NCBI GenBank assembly: GCA_947367055.1
Contig: CANBCI010000002.1
Location: forward strand, 78,005-142,004
Source of the DNA: an uncultured Alphaproteobacteria bacterium
GTDB lineage: Bacteria; Pseudomonadota; Alphaproteobacteria; Rs-D84
DNA: 64,000 bases
Reading direction: 5' to 3'
How positions within the stretch are numbered: position 1 is the first letter of the stretch; each line of letters opens with the position of its first letter. The position numbers were made by a program, and so were the translations under genes. The notes under the pieces were generated by a model, which made no database searches, was not told the DNA's origin, and saw only the letters and a list, made by a program, of their open reading frames with translations. Shown piece after piece: positions 30,686 to 40,062 of this stretch.

Positions 30686-32233
30686 ATGATGAGAAACATA
30701 TTTTCTATTACTTCGCTGTTTTGCGTAGGTGTTATCTTTTCACCTGTGGATGCGCATGCCCTAAACCTGATAAGTCAGAATATTATCGGTGGTTCTGTCG
30801 ACCTCTATGAACATTCCGTTGTTGGTCACGGATCCAGAATTATCAACGCAACCATACGTGTTAACTCTTCCCTTATGCTGAATAATTCCGGCGTTATCAA
30901 TGCGCCGGTAAATATTTGTTCGGATTGCGTTCTGTATTTCCAAAATAACGGCAGATTTTCCGGTTCGTTTAATTTTGATGCCGGTGCCAAACTGGTTCAG
31001 GTAATTTCGCACCCGGATGAATATGGCAATCTTGCCACCGACCGGATAGACGGCATAATGATACACAACGCAGATAGAATATCCATGACGGATATTGAAA
31101 AGCTAGGCAAGGGTGATTTGGTATTCAGCAATTCATCCATAATAATGGATACATCTGATTTGTCGTTCATATCCAGTCTGGATTTGCAGGGTGATGTACT
31201 TGTTTATGTGGATAATGATTTCTCGGTGTCTGATTCTCCGCTTTTAGAAAATGTAAGTGGTGACGGAACCTTGCACATAGTGTCGAATATATCGGACGAC
31301 TTAATGGGGTTCAAAACCTATATAGTCAAAGATAAGTTGTACGTGAAATGGGAGCGCGAGACGGATTATGCGAAGGTATTCCGCGATAATACGGGTCGGT
31401 TCCTAAATACTTTGCGGTCATCGCATGCAGATGACAGGTTGTTGAGTGCATTGGATAACGCGCCGAACATGTCGGCGTTGCGTGATGTAATGGATAAATC
31501 CGTGCGTTTGAACCCGGTAAAGTTAATGACCGTTCCGCGCCTGCTTGACCGGGTGGAAACCGTATCGTCCACAAAGGACGGCATATCGTTCGGGCCATTT
31601 TCACTGATTGGTGACGGGTTCGGAACATATGGGATAAGCGCGGGCTTTAACACCAATGTTTCCGGTAGGTTAAATATTGGCGTTGCCGGGTACATGAATG
31701 TTGGTGATTATTCCGACGACATCAATGATTATGATTTTGTTTCATACGGTGCGAATATCCGTGCACGGTACGACGGCGGGAACGGTTATTTTATTCGCGG
31801 CATTTTCGGTGCGTCCCACAGCAGGTTCGGCATCGGCCCGGTGTTTGACGGCGCGGAAATTGTCAACGACCCGTCGGGCATTGGGATTTATGGCACGGCG
31901 GATGTTGGTGTTTCGATTACGACCGCCGATGCGTTCAAGGTTTCGCCATACATCGGATTGGGTGCAGACTACGCGTCTGTTGCGCATGACACCGATACGA
32001 ACATAATGCCGCGAATCGGTATCGATATGTATTACGAATATAAGGTTTTTGACATAATATATGAAATAGACATGCGCGCATACGCAATGCGTGATGATTA
32101 TTTCGGTGCAGGCGCCACATTCGGCATAAAGTTTCCGTGGGATTTTATGGGAATAAATGCAGGTGCAGATATTATGAACACCGAATTTGGCACCGCATAT
32201 AAAATCAGCGTCGGCACCCGTATGTGGTTTTAA
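30686..32233 (+). CDS. autotransporter-like outer-membrane protein (short passenger + beta-barrel)
   Basis: ATG after GGGAGAGGGG RBS; signal peptide MMRNIFSITSLFCVGVIFSPVDAHA; C-terminal beta-barrel pattern ending GTRMWF. Confidence 0.6.
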   Translation: MMRNIFSITSLFCVGVIFSPVDAHALNLISQNIIGGSVDLYEHSVVGHGSRIINATIRVNSSLMLNNSGVINAPVNICSDCVLYFQNNGRFSGSFNFDAGAKLVQVISHPDEYGNLATDRIDGIMIHNADRISMTDIEKLGKGDLVFSNSSIIMDTSDLSFISSLDLQGDVLVYVDNDFSVSDSPLLENVSGDGTLHIVSNISDDLMGFKTYIVKDKLYVKWERETDYAKVFRDNTGRFLNTLRSSHADDRLLSALDNAPNMSALRDVMDKSVRLNPVKLMTVPRLLDRVETVSSTKDGISFGPFSLIGDGFGTYGISAGFNTNVSGRLNIGVAGYMNVGDYSDDINDYDFVSYGANIRARYDGGNGYFIRGIFGASHSRFGIGPVFDGAEIVNDPSGIGIYGTADVGVSITTADAFKVSPYIGLGADYASVAHDTDTNIMPRIGIDMYYEYKVFDIIYEIDMRAYAMRDDYFGAGATFGIKFPWDFMGINAGADIMNTEFGTAYKISVGTRMWF

Positions 32234-32404
32234 TCGATTCGCACACTAGAATATATTCCAGCTCGATTGTGACGGCATGCCGGCGCCCATTTAGCGTTGT
32301 TGGCGCGTCCAACGCATCAAAGTCAAACCGCGCCCAGGTATTTATTTAATTCACCTTTAGTGACAATCCAATGACATAAAAGATTTTGGCGAATTTTTGT
32401 CTTG

Positions 32405-32433
32405 TTGACTTTTTCTCTTTTTTCTGATATACT
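32405..32433 (+). promoter_or_regulatory. near-consensus sigma70 promoter (TTGACT -17- TATACT) followed by two terminator-like hairpins in the methyltransferase leader
   Basis: -35 TTGACT 32405-32410, 17-nt spacer, -10 TATACT 32428-32433. Downstream are GCCGTCAtagTGACGGC + T6 (32448-32471) and a second GC hairpin + T6 before the RBS. Confidence 0.5.
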
Positions 32434-32527
32434 ATAACTAAAGTTTTGGCCGTCATAGTGACGGCTTTTTTATATAGTCCCGCGCTTGGTCGCTGGGCTT
32501 TTTTATTATAAAACCAAGGTGCCAGTC

Positions 32528-33415
32528 ATGAATAATAAAATCACTTTTGTAGATATGTTTTGCGGAATCGGTGGATTCCATTTTGCTTTTAATAATCTGG
32601 GGGCAAAGTGCGTTTTCGCCTGTGATAACAACAAATATGCCCGACAGACATACGAGTTCAATTTTAAAGACATTGAACCTGAATTATTTGAAAATGGATA
32701 TTTTGCCGAAGATATAGTTAAAGTCGACCCTGATGATATGCCAGACTTTGATATATTTTGTGCGGGGTTCCCATGTCAACCATTTTCAACCGCAGGATAC
32801 AGGAAGGGATTTAACGACCCAAATCGTGGTAATATGTTCTTTGAAGTTCTGCGCTTGATCAAAGCAAAACGCCCACGGGCGTTTTTTTTGGAAAATGTCA
32901 AGGGGTTAACCAATCATGACAATGGACGTACTTTTCATATTATTCAAGAAAAACTAACTGAATTAGGTTATTCTTTTCATTATAAACTTGTAAAAGGAAC
33001 CGACCATAATGTTCCACAGTTGCGTGCACGCACATATATGGTCGGCTTTAGAGATGAAACCACAGAAAAATCTACGTTTGTTTTTCCTGAATCAGAACCA
33101 TTGACATGCACTTTAAGTGATGTTTTAGGTGGAAAATGTGACCGTATTGCGGCACGTGCATTGATGACAATGGGGTGGGCAAAACGGATTGATTCCCCGT
33201 TCAACTGGTCTGTATATATGGTTGACGGCAAAGAACACTTAATCACCGTAGATGAATCTAGGCGGTTGATGGGGTTCCCGGATAGTTTCAAGTTCCCGGA
33301 AAACATGTCTATGTCAAATCGCCGTATTCAGTTAGGCAATGCTGTGATTGTTCCAGCAATTCAGGCAACTGCGCGTAAAATCATTGAGTATATTCAAACG
33401 GCTGACATCGCATAA
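32528..33415 (+). CDS. DNA (cytosine-5)-methyltransferase (Dcm-type)
   Basis: Motif I FCGIGG, motif IV PCQ (FPCQPFS), motif VI ENV, motif VIII QLRARTYMVGF; AT-rich relative to core genes. Confidence 0.85.
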   Translation: MNNKITFVDMFCGIGGFHFAFNNLGAKCVFACDNNKYARQTYEFNFKDIEPELFENGYFAEDIVKVDPDDMPDFDIFCAGFPCQPFSTAGYRKGFNDPNRGNMFFEVLRLIKAKRPRAFFLENVKGLTNHDNGRTFHIIQEKLTELGYSFHYKLVKGTDHNVPQLRARTYMVGFRDETTEKSTFVFPESEPLTCTLSDVLGGKCDRIAARALMTMGWAKRIDSPFNWSVYMVDGKEHLITVDESRRLMGFPDSFKFPENMSMSNRRIQLGNAVIVPAIQATARKIIEYIQTADIA

Positions 33416-33480
33416 CTACTTGCTATTGTTGGGAATATTTGCATATAATACTTCATCTATATTATTTAGAAGGGTATAAA

Positions 33481-34686
33481 ATGCAAACCATAAAAAAACT
33501 TTTATGTATCTTTGTGATATTTATATTGCCATGCTGTTGTTTTGGATTTGAGGTATCAGAACTTGCCAATTATAAAGGCATTGTCATAAAAACAATGGTT
33601 GAAAGCGATACCTTGCATAAGACAACCAGTAAAAAAACCGAAATTAGAAATGGTTCGGCTTTGCGTAAAATATTGGGAGATGAAAAAGTAAAATTTAAGA
33701 CACAGTATGTTTATATCGGCAAGAAGCAAATAGAGCATTTGGGAACGACAACTTGGTATCATTATACGCCCAAGTCAACCAATAAAAAGGTTTATCATTT
33801 ATATTATCAAAAAAATGATGTTATGCATGAAGGGCAGATTGGTGATACTCTTGTTGTTGCAAAAAAGAATGATGAAGAAATCACATTGCTTATTTTACAA
33901 AAAGGACACAAGGATATAGAAAAAATATATGATATAGCAGGCATCAATGAAATGATTGACCCAGAAATACAACCAAAGAAATCTTTGTGGGAACGAATGT
34001 TTGGTGGTGCCGATTCACGAACGGAAAAATTGGCAAAAGTTGAAATGGCGGTTGAAATGGACGCGCCCCAGGCTGCGGTGCAGAAAAAATCGCGTTCAAA
34101 AAAGCCAACCGAACCGGACATGGATTTAAATCCGGACTCGTATGAAAAAATAGGTTTTGAGGCAGAACGCCATAAAACGAACAAGCGGGTTGTGTTGATT
34201 GGCACTCCGCGTATTGTGGACGGTGACACTATAATCTTGGAAGATTTATTTAATATTCGGGTTATCGGAATTGATGCCCCAGAAAGCAAACAGAACTGCT
34301 GGGATGCCAATGGACGTGAATACGCATGCGGGAAAAAATCAACCGAACACCTACAAAAGTTGGTTGGCAACGGTCGCGTAAAATGTGAAATTCGCGGCAT
34401 TGGTCGTTTTGGTCGCCATACAGGGTTATGTTATAACATGAAAGACGTCAATCTGAATAAAACAATGGTGCGTGATGGTTATGCGGTAATATCAACTTAT
34501 CCGCCAATTTTGTTTCAAGAAGAAGAAAGATTGGCTATAAATGAAAAAGCCGGTATTTGGCAGGGTACATTACGTCACCCGCATTGTTTCCGGCATCAAA
34601 AAAAGCAGGACTGGAAAGCGATTGATTTGTGTGAAGATAACAAACTCTATAATGGGTGGGATGATAAATTCGTAACAAAAGAATAA
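33481..34686 (+). CDS. secreted protein with C-terminal staphylococcal nuclease (SNase/thermonuclease) domain
   Basis: Signal peptide MQTIKKLLCIFVIFILPCCCFG; C-terminal SNc signature (RIVDGDTIILEDLFNIRVIGIDAPE...GRFGRHTGLCY...RDGYA). Confidence 0.75.
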   Translation: MQTIKKLLCIFVIFILPCCCFGFEVSELANYKGIVIKTMVESDTLHKTTSKKTEIRNGSALRKILGDEKVKFKTQYVYIGKKQIEHLGTTTWYHYTPKSTNKKVYHLYYQKNDVMHEGQIGDTLVVAKKNDEEITLLILQKGHKDIEKIYDIAGINEMIDPEIQPKKSLWERMFGGADSRTEKLAKVEMAVEMDAPQAAVQKKSRSKKPTEPDMDLNPDSYEKIGFEAERHKTNKRVVLIGTPRIVDGDTIILEDLFNIRVIGIDAPESKQNCWDANGREYACGKKSTEHLQKLVGNGRVKCEIRGIGRFGRHTGLCYNMKDVNLNKTMVRDGYAVISTYPPILFQEEERLAINEKAGIWQGTLRHPHCFRHQKKQDWKAIDLCEDNKLYNGWDDKFVTKE

Positions 34687-34740
34687 TATTGTGCAATCTG
34701 CGGCTAGTTATGTCCTGATTGTGTTGAATTTGTAATAAAT

Positions 34741-34768
34741 AAAAACCCCGCCGTTGGGCGGGTTTTTA
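34741..34768 (+). terminator. bidirectional Rho-independent terminator between nuclease gene and ssb
   Basis: CCCGCCgttgGGCGGG hairpin flanked by A-run and T-run. Confidence 0.6.
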
Positions 34769-34797
34769 ATTTATCACCAAGCGATGATACCCATTTA

Positions 34798-35259
34798 GAA
34801 CGGAATGTCGTCGCCAATGTCTGCAACGGATATTTCTTCGCGCGGGGCAGGGGCCGCCGCCGGTGCCGATGCGCCATATTCACCGGACATGCCGCCGTCC
34901 ATGGCCTTTGCGCCACCCAAAATTACCATTTGACCCATAAACGGATTTAAGACAACTTCGGTTGTGTAAACATCCACGCCCTGTTGATTCTGCCATTTGC
35001 GGGTTTTCAATGCACCTTCCAGGTACAGTTTTGTACCCTTTTGCAGCATGCGTTCCGCAACATCAACCAAATTCGGATTAAATATCACAACGCGGTGCCA
35101 TTCGGTTTGTTCCTTTTGCTCGCCACTTTGACGGTCGCGCCACCGTTCCGATGTCGCCAATGAAAAACTTACAACCTTTTGTCCGCTCTGCATTGTGCGA
35201 ACCTGTGGGTCCTGGCCCACATTGCCGACCAATATAACTTTGTTTATGCTGCCTGCCAT
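34798..35259 (-). CDS. ssb: single-stranded DNA-binding protein
   Basis: [23 protein letters not shown]-fold N-terminus; Gly/Ala-rich linker; C-terminal acidic tip DIGDDIPF. Confidence 0.9.
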
Positions 35260-35429
35260 ATGCGTTTCCTTTGTTTTTATTTCATATATTGTATTTGAGC
35301 AATATTTCCCACCCATTGCAAGAGAAAAGAAACAGTCCCGCAAATTCTTGACTTTTGGGCGAAAATATACTATAATAATACTATCTATGGGCATGGTTCC
35401 GTTCGCCCGATTTTCCAAAAGGATTTTTT

Positions 35430-36698
35430 ATGCACATAAATGAATTAAAGGCAAAATCGCCACAGCAACTGCTGAAAATGGCCGAAGACATGGGGATTGA
35501 AAACCCGGCGCAATTAAATGTTCAACAATTGCGCTTTGCGGTTATGCGCGCGTTCGCCGCAGATAAAAAGGTGACGCTTATCGGCGACGGCGTCTTGGAA
35601 CGCATGCAGGACGGGTTCGGTTTCCTGCGCGCCCCTGAAAGCAATTATTTGGCCGGCCCCGACGATTTGTATGTGTCGCCAAATCTGATTAAAAAATATG
35701 GTCTTAAGACCGGCGATTATATCGAGGGGCTGATTCAGGCACCACAGAACGAATCGGAGCGCTACTTTGCGTTGGAAACGATTGAACGCGTCAACGGTGA
35801 CAAGCCGGAAAAGTTGCGTCACCGTGTGTCTTTTGACGATATGACGCCGCTGTACCCGGACGAACAACTGAAAATGGAAGTACCCGACGACAAGGACAAG
35901 GGACGCAATCTGTCGGCGCGCGTTATTGATTTGATTTCGCCCACCGGCAAGGGGCAGCGTTCCCTTATCGTTGCGCCACCGCGCACCGGTAAAACGGTTA
36001 TGCTGCAAAACATTGCGCATTCAATCGCGACGAATTATCCGGATGTGAAATTGATTGTTCTGCTGATTGATGAACGCCCCGAAGAGGTCACCGATATGCA
36101 GCGCAGCGTCAAGGGCGAGGTTATTTCCAGTACATTTGACGAACCCGCCGCACGCCATATCCAGGTCGCCGAAATGGTTATTGAAAAGGCCAAAAGACTG
36201 GTCGAGGCCGGACAGGATGTCGTAATCTTGCTGGATTCCATAACGCGTTTGGGGCGTGCGTACAACACCTGTGTTCCGTCCAGCGGCAAGGTTTTGACCG
36301 GCGGTGTCGACGCCTATGCGTTGCAGCGGCCAAAGCGCTTTTTCGGTGCGGCCCGTAATATCGAGGGCGGCGGTTCCCTGACGATTATCGCAACGGCATT
36401 GGTCGATACCGGTTCCAAAATGGACGAAGTTATTTTTGAAGAGTTCAAGGGAACTGGAAACAGCGAAATCATTCTGGACCGCAAGTTGTCCGACAAACGT
36501 GTTTATCCGGCGATTGACATTACAAAGTCCGGCACGCGCAAGGAAGACCTGCTGGTGGGCAAGGATAATCTGGCCAAAATGTACGTGCTGCGCCGCATTA
36601 TAAATCCGATGGGCACGTTAGAGGCAATGGAATTCCTGCTGGATAAATTGCGCCTGACAAAGACCAACGAAGATTTCTTTGGGTCAATGAATCAGTAA
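35430..36698 (+). CDS. rho: transcription termination factor Rho
   Basis: N-terminal Rho-N/cold-shock domain, Walker A PPRTGKT, RecA-like core, 422 aa. Confidence 0.95.
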   Translation: MHINELKAKSPQQLLKMAEDMGIENPAQLNVQQLRFAVMRAFAADKKVTLIGDGVLERMQDGFGFLRAPESNYLAGPDDLYVSPNLIKKYGLKTGDYIEGLIQAPQNESERYFALETIERVNGDKPEKLRHRVSFDDMTPLYPDEQLKMEVPDDKDKGRNLSARVIDLISPTGKGQRSLIVAPPRTGKTVMLQNIAHSIATNYPDVKLIVLLIDERPEEVTDMQRSVKGEVISSTFDEPAARHIQVAEMVIEKAKRLVEAGQDVVILLDSITRLGRAYNTCVPSSGKVLTGGVDAYALQRPKRFFGAARNIEGGGSLTIIATALVDTGSKMDEVIFEEFKGTGNSEIILDRKLSDKRVYPAIDITKSGTRKEDLLVGKDNLAKMYVLRRIINPMGTLEAMEFLLDKLRLTKTNEDFFGSMNQ

Positions 36699-36725
36699 AA
36701 AGTCCCCCGAACGGGGGATTTTTAA
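36699..36725 (+). terminator. bidirectional Rho-independent terminator after rho
   Basis: TCCCCCGaacGGGGGA hairpin + T-run. Confidence 0.6.
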
Positions 36726-37168
36726 TTCGTATAAAAACAATTATTGGTGAAATTATATTGGCCGCTGGTGTCATTGGCGACGGTGCCGCTGACGACATAG
36801 CAGGATGTTTTTGCCGTTGCGCCGTTGGCGGATGTTCCGGGGGCGGGGCACGGGGTGCAACCGGTGGTGCCGTTTGTTGATTGACCGTAATATCCCGCGG
36901 CGCATCGGTATGATGTTTTTCGTGTGCAGTTTAATATTGTGCCCGTTGCGGTCACTTTTTCTTGGTAGCCCGGGGTGATGCTGTTCATCCAGTCCGTGCT
37001 GACGCATTCGTCAAGTGTTGCCCCACTGCCGCATGGTTTTAGTTCGCCGGGGCATGTTTCGCCGGCCGCAACGCTTGTTCCATTGCTGCACCTGCATTGA
37101 AGGGTTGCGACACTGTGGGCCGTTGCGGGAATAAAAAGCAGTGACAGCGTCCATATATATTTTTTCAT
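36722..37168 (-). CDS. small secreted cysteine-rich protein (paralog family member A)
   Basis: Signal peptide MKKYIWTLSLLFIPATAHS; 16 Cys; C-terminal block YRCAAGYYGQSTNGTTGCTPCPAPGTSANGATAKTSCY shared with the 59248..59799 product. Confidence 0.5.
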   Translation of the reverse strand: MKKYIWTLSLLFIPATAHSVATLQCRCSNGTSVAAGETCPGELKPCGSGATLDECVSTDWMNSITPGYQEKVTATGTILNCTRKTSYRCAAGYYGQSTNGTTGCTPCPAPGTSANGATAKTSCYVVSGTVANDTSGQYNFTNNCFYTN

Positions 37169-37330
37169 CTGACTTCCTTTTTTTGTGTTCAGAAAAACAT
37201 CAAACCACCAAGTCATTGGTGGTCGGGAAGTTAGAAAAATCATAAAGAAGAATGATCCCGTCGGCCTTTGGGTGCATGTCGCGCCTTGTTGTATAACCAA
37301 CAGCTTCCCGACCGATTAAGTCGGGCAAGT
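37169..37330 (-). promoter_or_regulatory. conserved structured 5' leader, copy A (long-range stem + CACC-N-GGUGG hairpin + U-run)
   Basis: Hairpin ACCACCAagtcatTGGTGGT 37204-37223; long-range stem GTCGGGAAG 37222-37230 with CTTCCCGAC 37304-37312; immediately 5' of the minus-strand Cys-rich gene. Confidence 0.5.
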
Positions 37331-37480
37331 GCGACAAGAAATGCCGCATGTATCGGATTTCGACGCCCTTTTGCAAAGCGCCGCTTCTTTACGGGATTTT
37401 CTAAGTCCCAAACCCACAATCCCTTGCGGATTCAAGTACAGTATAAAATATGCACCCTTTAAACACAACAGGATTTTGAT

Positions 37481-37708
37481 ATGAAATACATTTACGTTGT
37501 AATTGCGTGCGTCGCATTTGTCGCGTTCGCTTATCTTGCCGGGCGCGCCAATGGCGTCCAGCGGTGCAGGGCGGATTGCATCGGTGATGTCGCGCGCATG
37601 CAATCGCAACTAATCAAGCAAGAGGAGAAAATAAATGCGGAAACTCTTAATACCGGTGTCGCTGATATTCGTCGCGTCCTGCGCGCGAAATACACAATCG
37701 CCGAATAA
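37481..37708 (+). CDS. small membrane-anchored protein (i-spanin-like architecture)
   Basis: N-terminal TM helix YIYVVIACVAFVAFAYLAG then charged helical segment; 3' end overlapped in another frame by a lipoprotein ORF. Confidence 0.3.
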   Translation: MKYIYVVIACVAFVAFAYLAGRANGVQRCRADCIGDVARMQSQLIKQEEKINAETLNTGVADIRRVLRAKYTIAE

Positions 37709-37832
37709 TGTCTGTGCGCCGGTTGTTTGCCGGCCAATATATGGACGTGCCGCCGACTGGGATGTAATCAGTGACGATTTGGCGCGAAATATCTATCGGC
37801 ACAATCGGACCTGCGCAGAATATAATAAATAA
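37635..37832 (+). CDS. small Cys/Pro-containing lipoprotein (o-spanin-like), overlapping previous ORF
   Basis: Lipobox-like signal MRKLLIPVSLIFVASC; short mature peptide with Pro and Cys residues; out-of-frame overlap with 37481..37708. Confidence 0.3.
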   Translation: MRKLLIPVSLIFVASCARNTQSPNNVCAPVVCRPIYGRAADWDVISDDLARNIYRHNRTCAEYNK

Positions 37833-37856
37833 TATTGATGCAATGATGCGCCCCGC

Positions 37857-38708
37857 CTAGGCGTTTTGTGCGTCAATCACAATGCCGATAAGTTCGCGCG
37901 CGATATTCGCACTTTGCGCGTCACCCGTCGGGGCGTATTCCACAAATTCAAAACTGTGCGCGTCTGTGGCGAATTCCCGAACCAGTCGGCGTGCGGCCTC
38001 AACGCTGATTCCGCCCGATTCCGGAACCAAAACATCTTTGAAATATTTGGGGTCGATCGCATCAAAGTCAAAGGACACCACAAACGGGCGCCCGTTTATT
38101 TGGCGGCGGATTTCTGAAATTGCGGCATCCACGTCTGATTCGTTTTGCAGTGCGTCTGCGCCGAACATCATTATGTCATTATTGCGCACGAAATCTATTT
38201 CCGCCGGTTCAAACGACCGCGTCCCCAGGTAAAACAGATTTTCGGGCCGCAATGCCGGTACGCGTTTCTGTAATGATAACCAACGCGCATCACCTTCGCC
38301 CAGGTTGGCCCGGACATTTGTTCCGTGCGGTGCGCCGGACGCCTGGGTGCGTGAACTTTCGGGTGAATGTATGTCCAGGTGGGCGTCAATGTACACCAGG
38401 CATAGTTCCTCGCCTGCGGGCATTGCGTCGGCCATTGCCGCAAAGTGGCCAAAGTTCACCGAATGATCGCCGCCGATTAAAATATGCCCCCCCCGGCGGG
38501 TTGCATCGTATATCTTTTTCTGAATTTTATAGCAATCGCCAAATCTGTCGGCCATACATTCGGCCGGTGTCGCCTTGTCGGCGGTGATAATCGTCCAATC
38601 GGCGTTTGGAAACATCTCTTTTACCGCCGCCGGGGCCAGGGCGGGTCCATCGTCAACAATACGTGCGGTCGCGCCGCGTGCATATTCAATACCCAGAATG
38701 TACGTCAT
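37857..38708 (-). CDS. arginase/agmatinase/formiminoglutamase family hydrolase
   Basis: Conserved Mn-binding motifs GGDHS, DAHLD, SFDFDAIDP. Confidence 0.8.
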   Translation of the reverse strand: MTYILGIEYARGATARIVDDGPALAPAAVKEMFPNADWTIITADKATPAECMADRFGDCYKIQKKIYDATRRGGHILIGGDHSVNFGHFAAMADAMPAGEELCLVYIDAHLDIHSPESSRTQASGAPHGTNVRANLGEGDARWLSLQKRVPALRPENLFYLGTRSFEPAEIDFVRNNDIMMFGADALQNESDVDAAISEIRRQINGRPFVVSFDFDAIDPKYFKDVLVPESGGISVEAARRLVREFATDAHSFEFVEYAPTGDAQSANIARELIGIVIDAQNA

Positions 38709-39700
38709 TTGTTGTTCTCCACAATACTTTCGGCAACAAGTTTTATTTTTTGTAATGATTGTTCATATGTGGCGCAATCGCGTGCGATTTCAGACCGGTA
38801 TGCGTCGCGCAAATTGGTCGCCATGTAAAAGCATCCGCGCAAATGCTGGGCGCAGTAGTCATGCCCGGTCAGAAATGCCTGCTGACCGCGCACGCGGCTT
38901 TCCAGACTTGCCCAGTCTATGTTCAGGTTGTTTTCCAAATTTGCCCATGAATTTTCGCCGGTATATTGTCCGACCATGCTCATCCAATATTGGTTGAAAT
39001 CGGCCTGGGACAAATTTCCCGTGTTTTTCATGGTCAGCATTTGTTTGATAAGGCTGTCGATTGCGGGTTGATATTCGGCATCAATCTGGGACAACTTTGA
39101 ACTGCAGTAGCAGCGGTTGTATTCTGTGTTTTCACGTGCGCAGTATCCGTCCATGCACTTTGTGTAATCGGCCAGGCATTGCGCCGATGAAACATTGACG
39201 GCATCGGGTGCCGCGGCGGCGGCGCTTTGCGCCGTGCGGTTGGTGTATGTCGCATCTGCGCGCGTGCCGCTACGAACCATGGCGGTTTGCGCCATGTTCC
39301 GTGAAACCACACGTCGTGCATTTGTATTGGATGCGGTTGCGGCTTTTGCCGCACTGCGCGCAGCTGTTGTTGTGCTGCCGGATGTTGTGGCGGCGCCCCG
39401 TGTTGCCGACCGGGCGGCGGATGTGCCGCCGCGCGATACAACGCGCCGTGTGTTGTTTATGGAATTTGTTGTGTCCGTTCGAACAACCGCGTTAATCGGG
39501 TTTGCGGTGGTCGGGGTTACGCCGCCCGGATTTAGCGCCGTACGCATTTGATTGTTCAGATAGGGATACATGTAATTGTAATTATATGCCGCGGTTTGCG
39601 ACGCCGTATTGCCGGTTGTGCTGCGCGCCGTCACGGCATGCGCAAATTGTGCTTGCGTAAGGGCAAATATTGCGGCAAAGACGGTAATAATCCTTCTCAT
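38705..39700 (-). CDS. secreted hypothetical protein with S/T/A/R-rich low-complexity region and Cys-containing C-terminal domain
   Basis: Signal peptide MRRIITVFAAIFALTQAQFAHA; no recognisable catalytic motif. Confidence 0.45.
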   Translation of the reverse strand: MRRIITVFAAIFALTQAQFAHAVTARSTTGNTASQTAAYNYNYMYPYLNNQMRTALNPGGVTPTTANPINAVVRTDTTNSINNTRRVVSRGGTSAARSATRGAATTSGSTTTAARSAAKAATASNTNARRVVSRNMAQTAMVRSGTRADATYTNRTAQSAAAAAPDAVNVSSAQCLADYTKCMDGYCARENTEYNRCYCSSKLSQIDAEYQPAIDSLIKQMLTMKNTGNLSQADFNQYWMSMVGQYTGENSWANLENNLNIDWASLESRVRGQQAFLTGHDYCAQHLRGCFYMATNLRDAYRSEIARDCATYEQSLQKIKLVAESIVENNK

Positions 39701-39797
39701 TATGAGATGATTGTAGAAACTTTGGCATAAATAGACAAGCACAAAATATGGATAAAAAGTTGCAATTACTAAAAATGTTGATATAATTCCGGTGTTT

Positions 39798-39874
39798 CGG
39801 GGCGTAGCTCAGTCTGGTAGAGTGCTTGCTTTGGGAGCAAGATGTCGCATGTTCGAATCATGTCGCCCCGACCA
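39798..39874 (+). tRNA. tRNA-Pro (anticodon UGG)
   Basis: Cloverleaf: acceptor CGGGGCG/CGCCCCG, D-arm GCTCAGTCTGGTAGAGT, anticodon stem CTTGC/GCAAG with loop TTTGGGA, T-arm GCATGTTCGAATCATGT, encoded CCA. Confidence 0.85.
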
Positions 39875-40062
39875 TAAAATTCAAACCGACCGCATGGTCG
39901 GTTTTAATTTTATGTTATGAATACGGCATCGTTGGGAACAAATCCGTCGGTGTTGCCCAGAAATAATTAAGTTTATGGCAGAGCGTAAGAAAATACACCT
40001 GCTGTGTATTGATTGCGTTTTAATGGTATTTGATGTATAATTGACGCAAAGGGGAAAATAAA

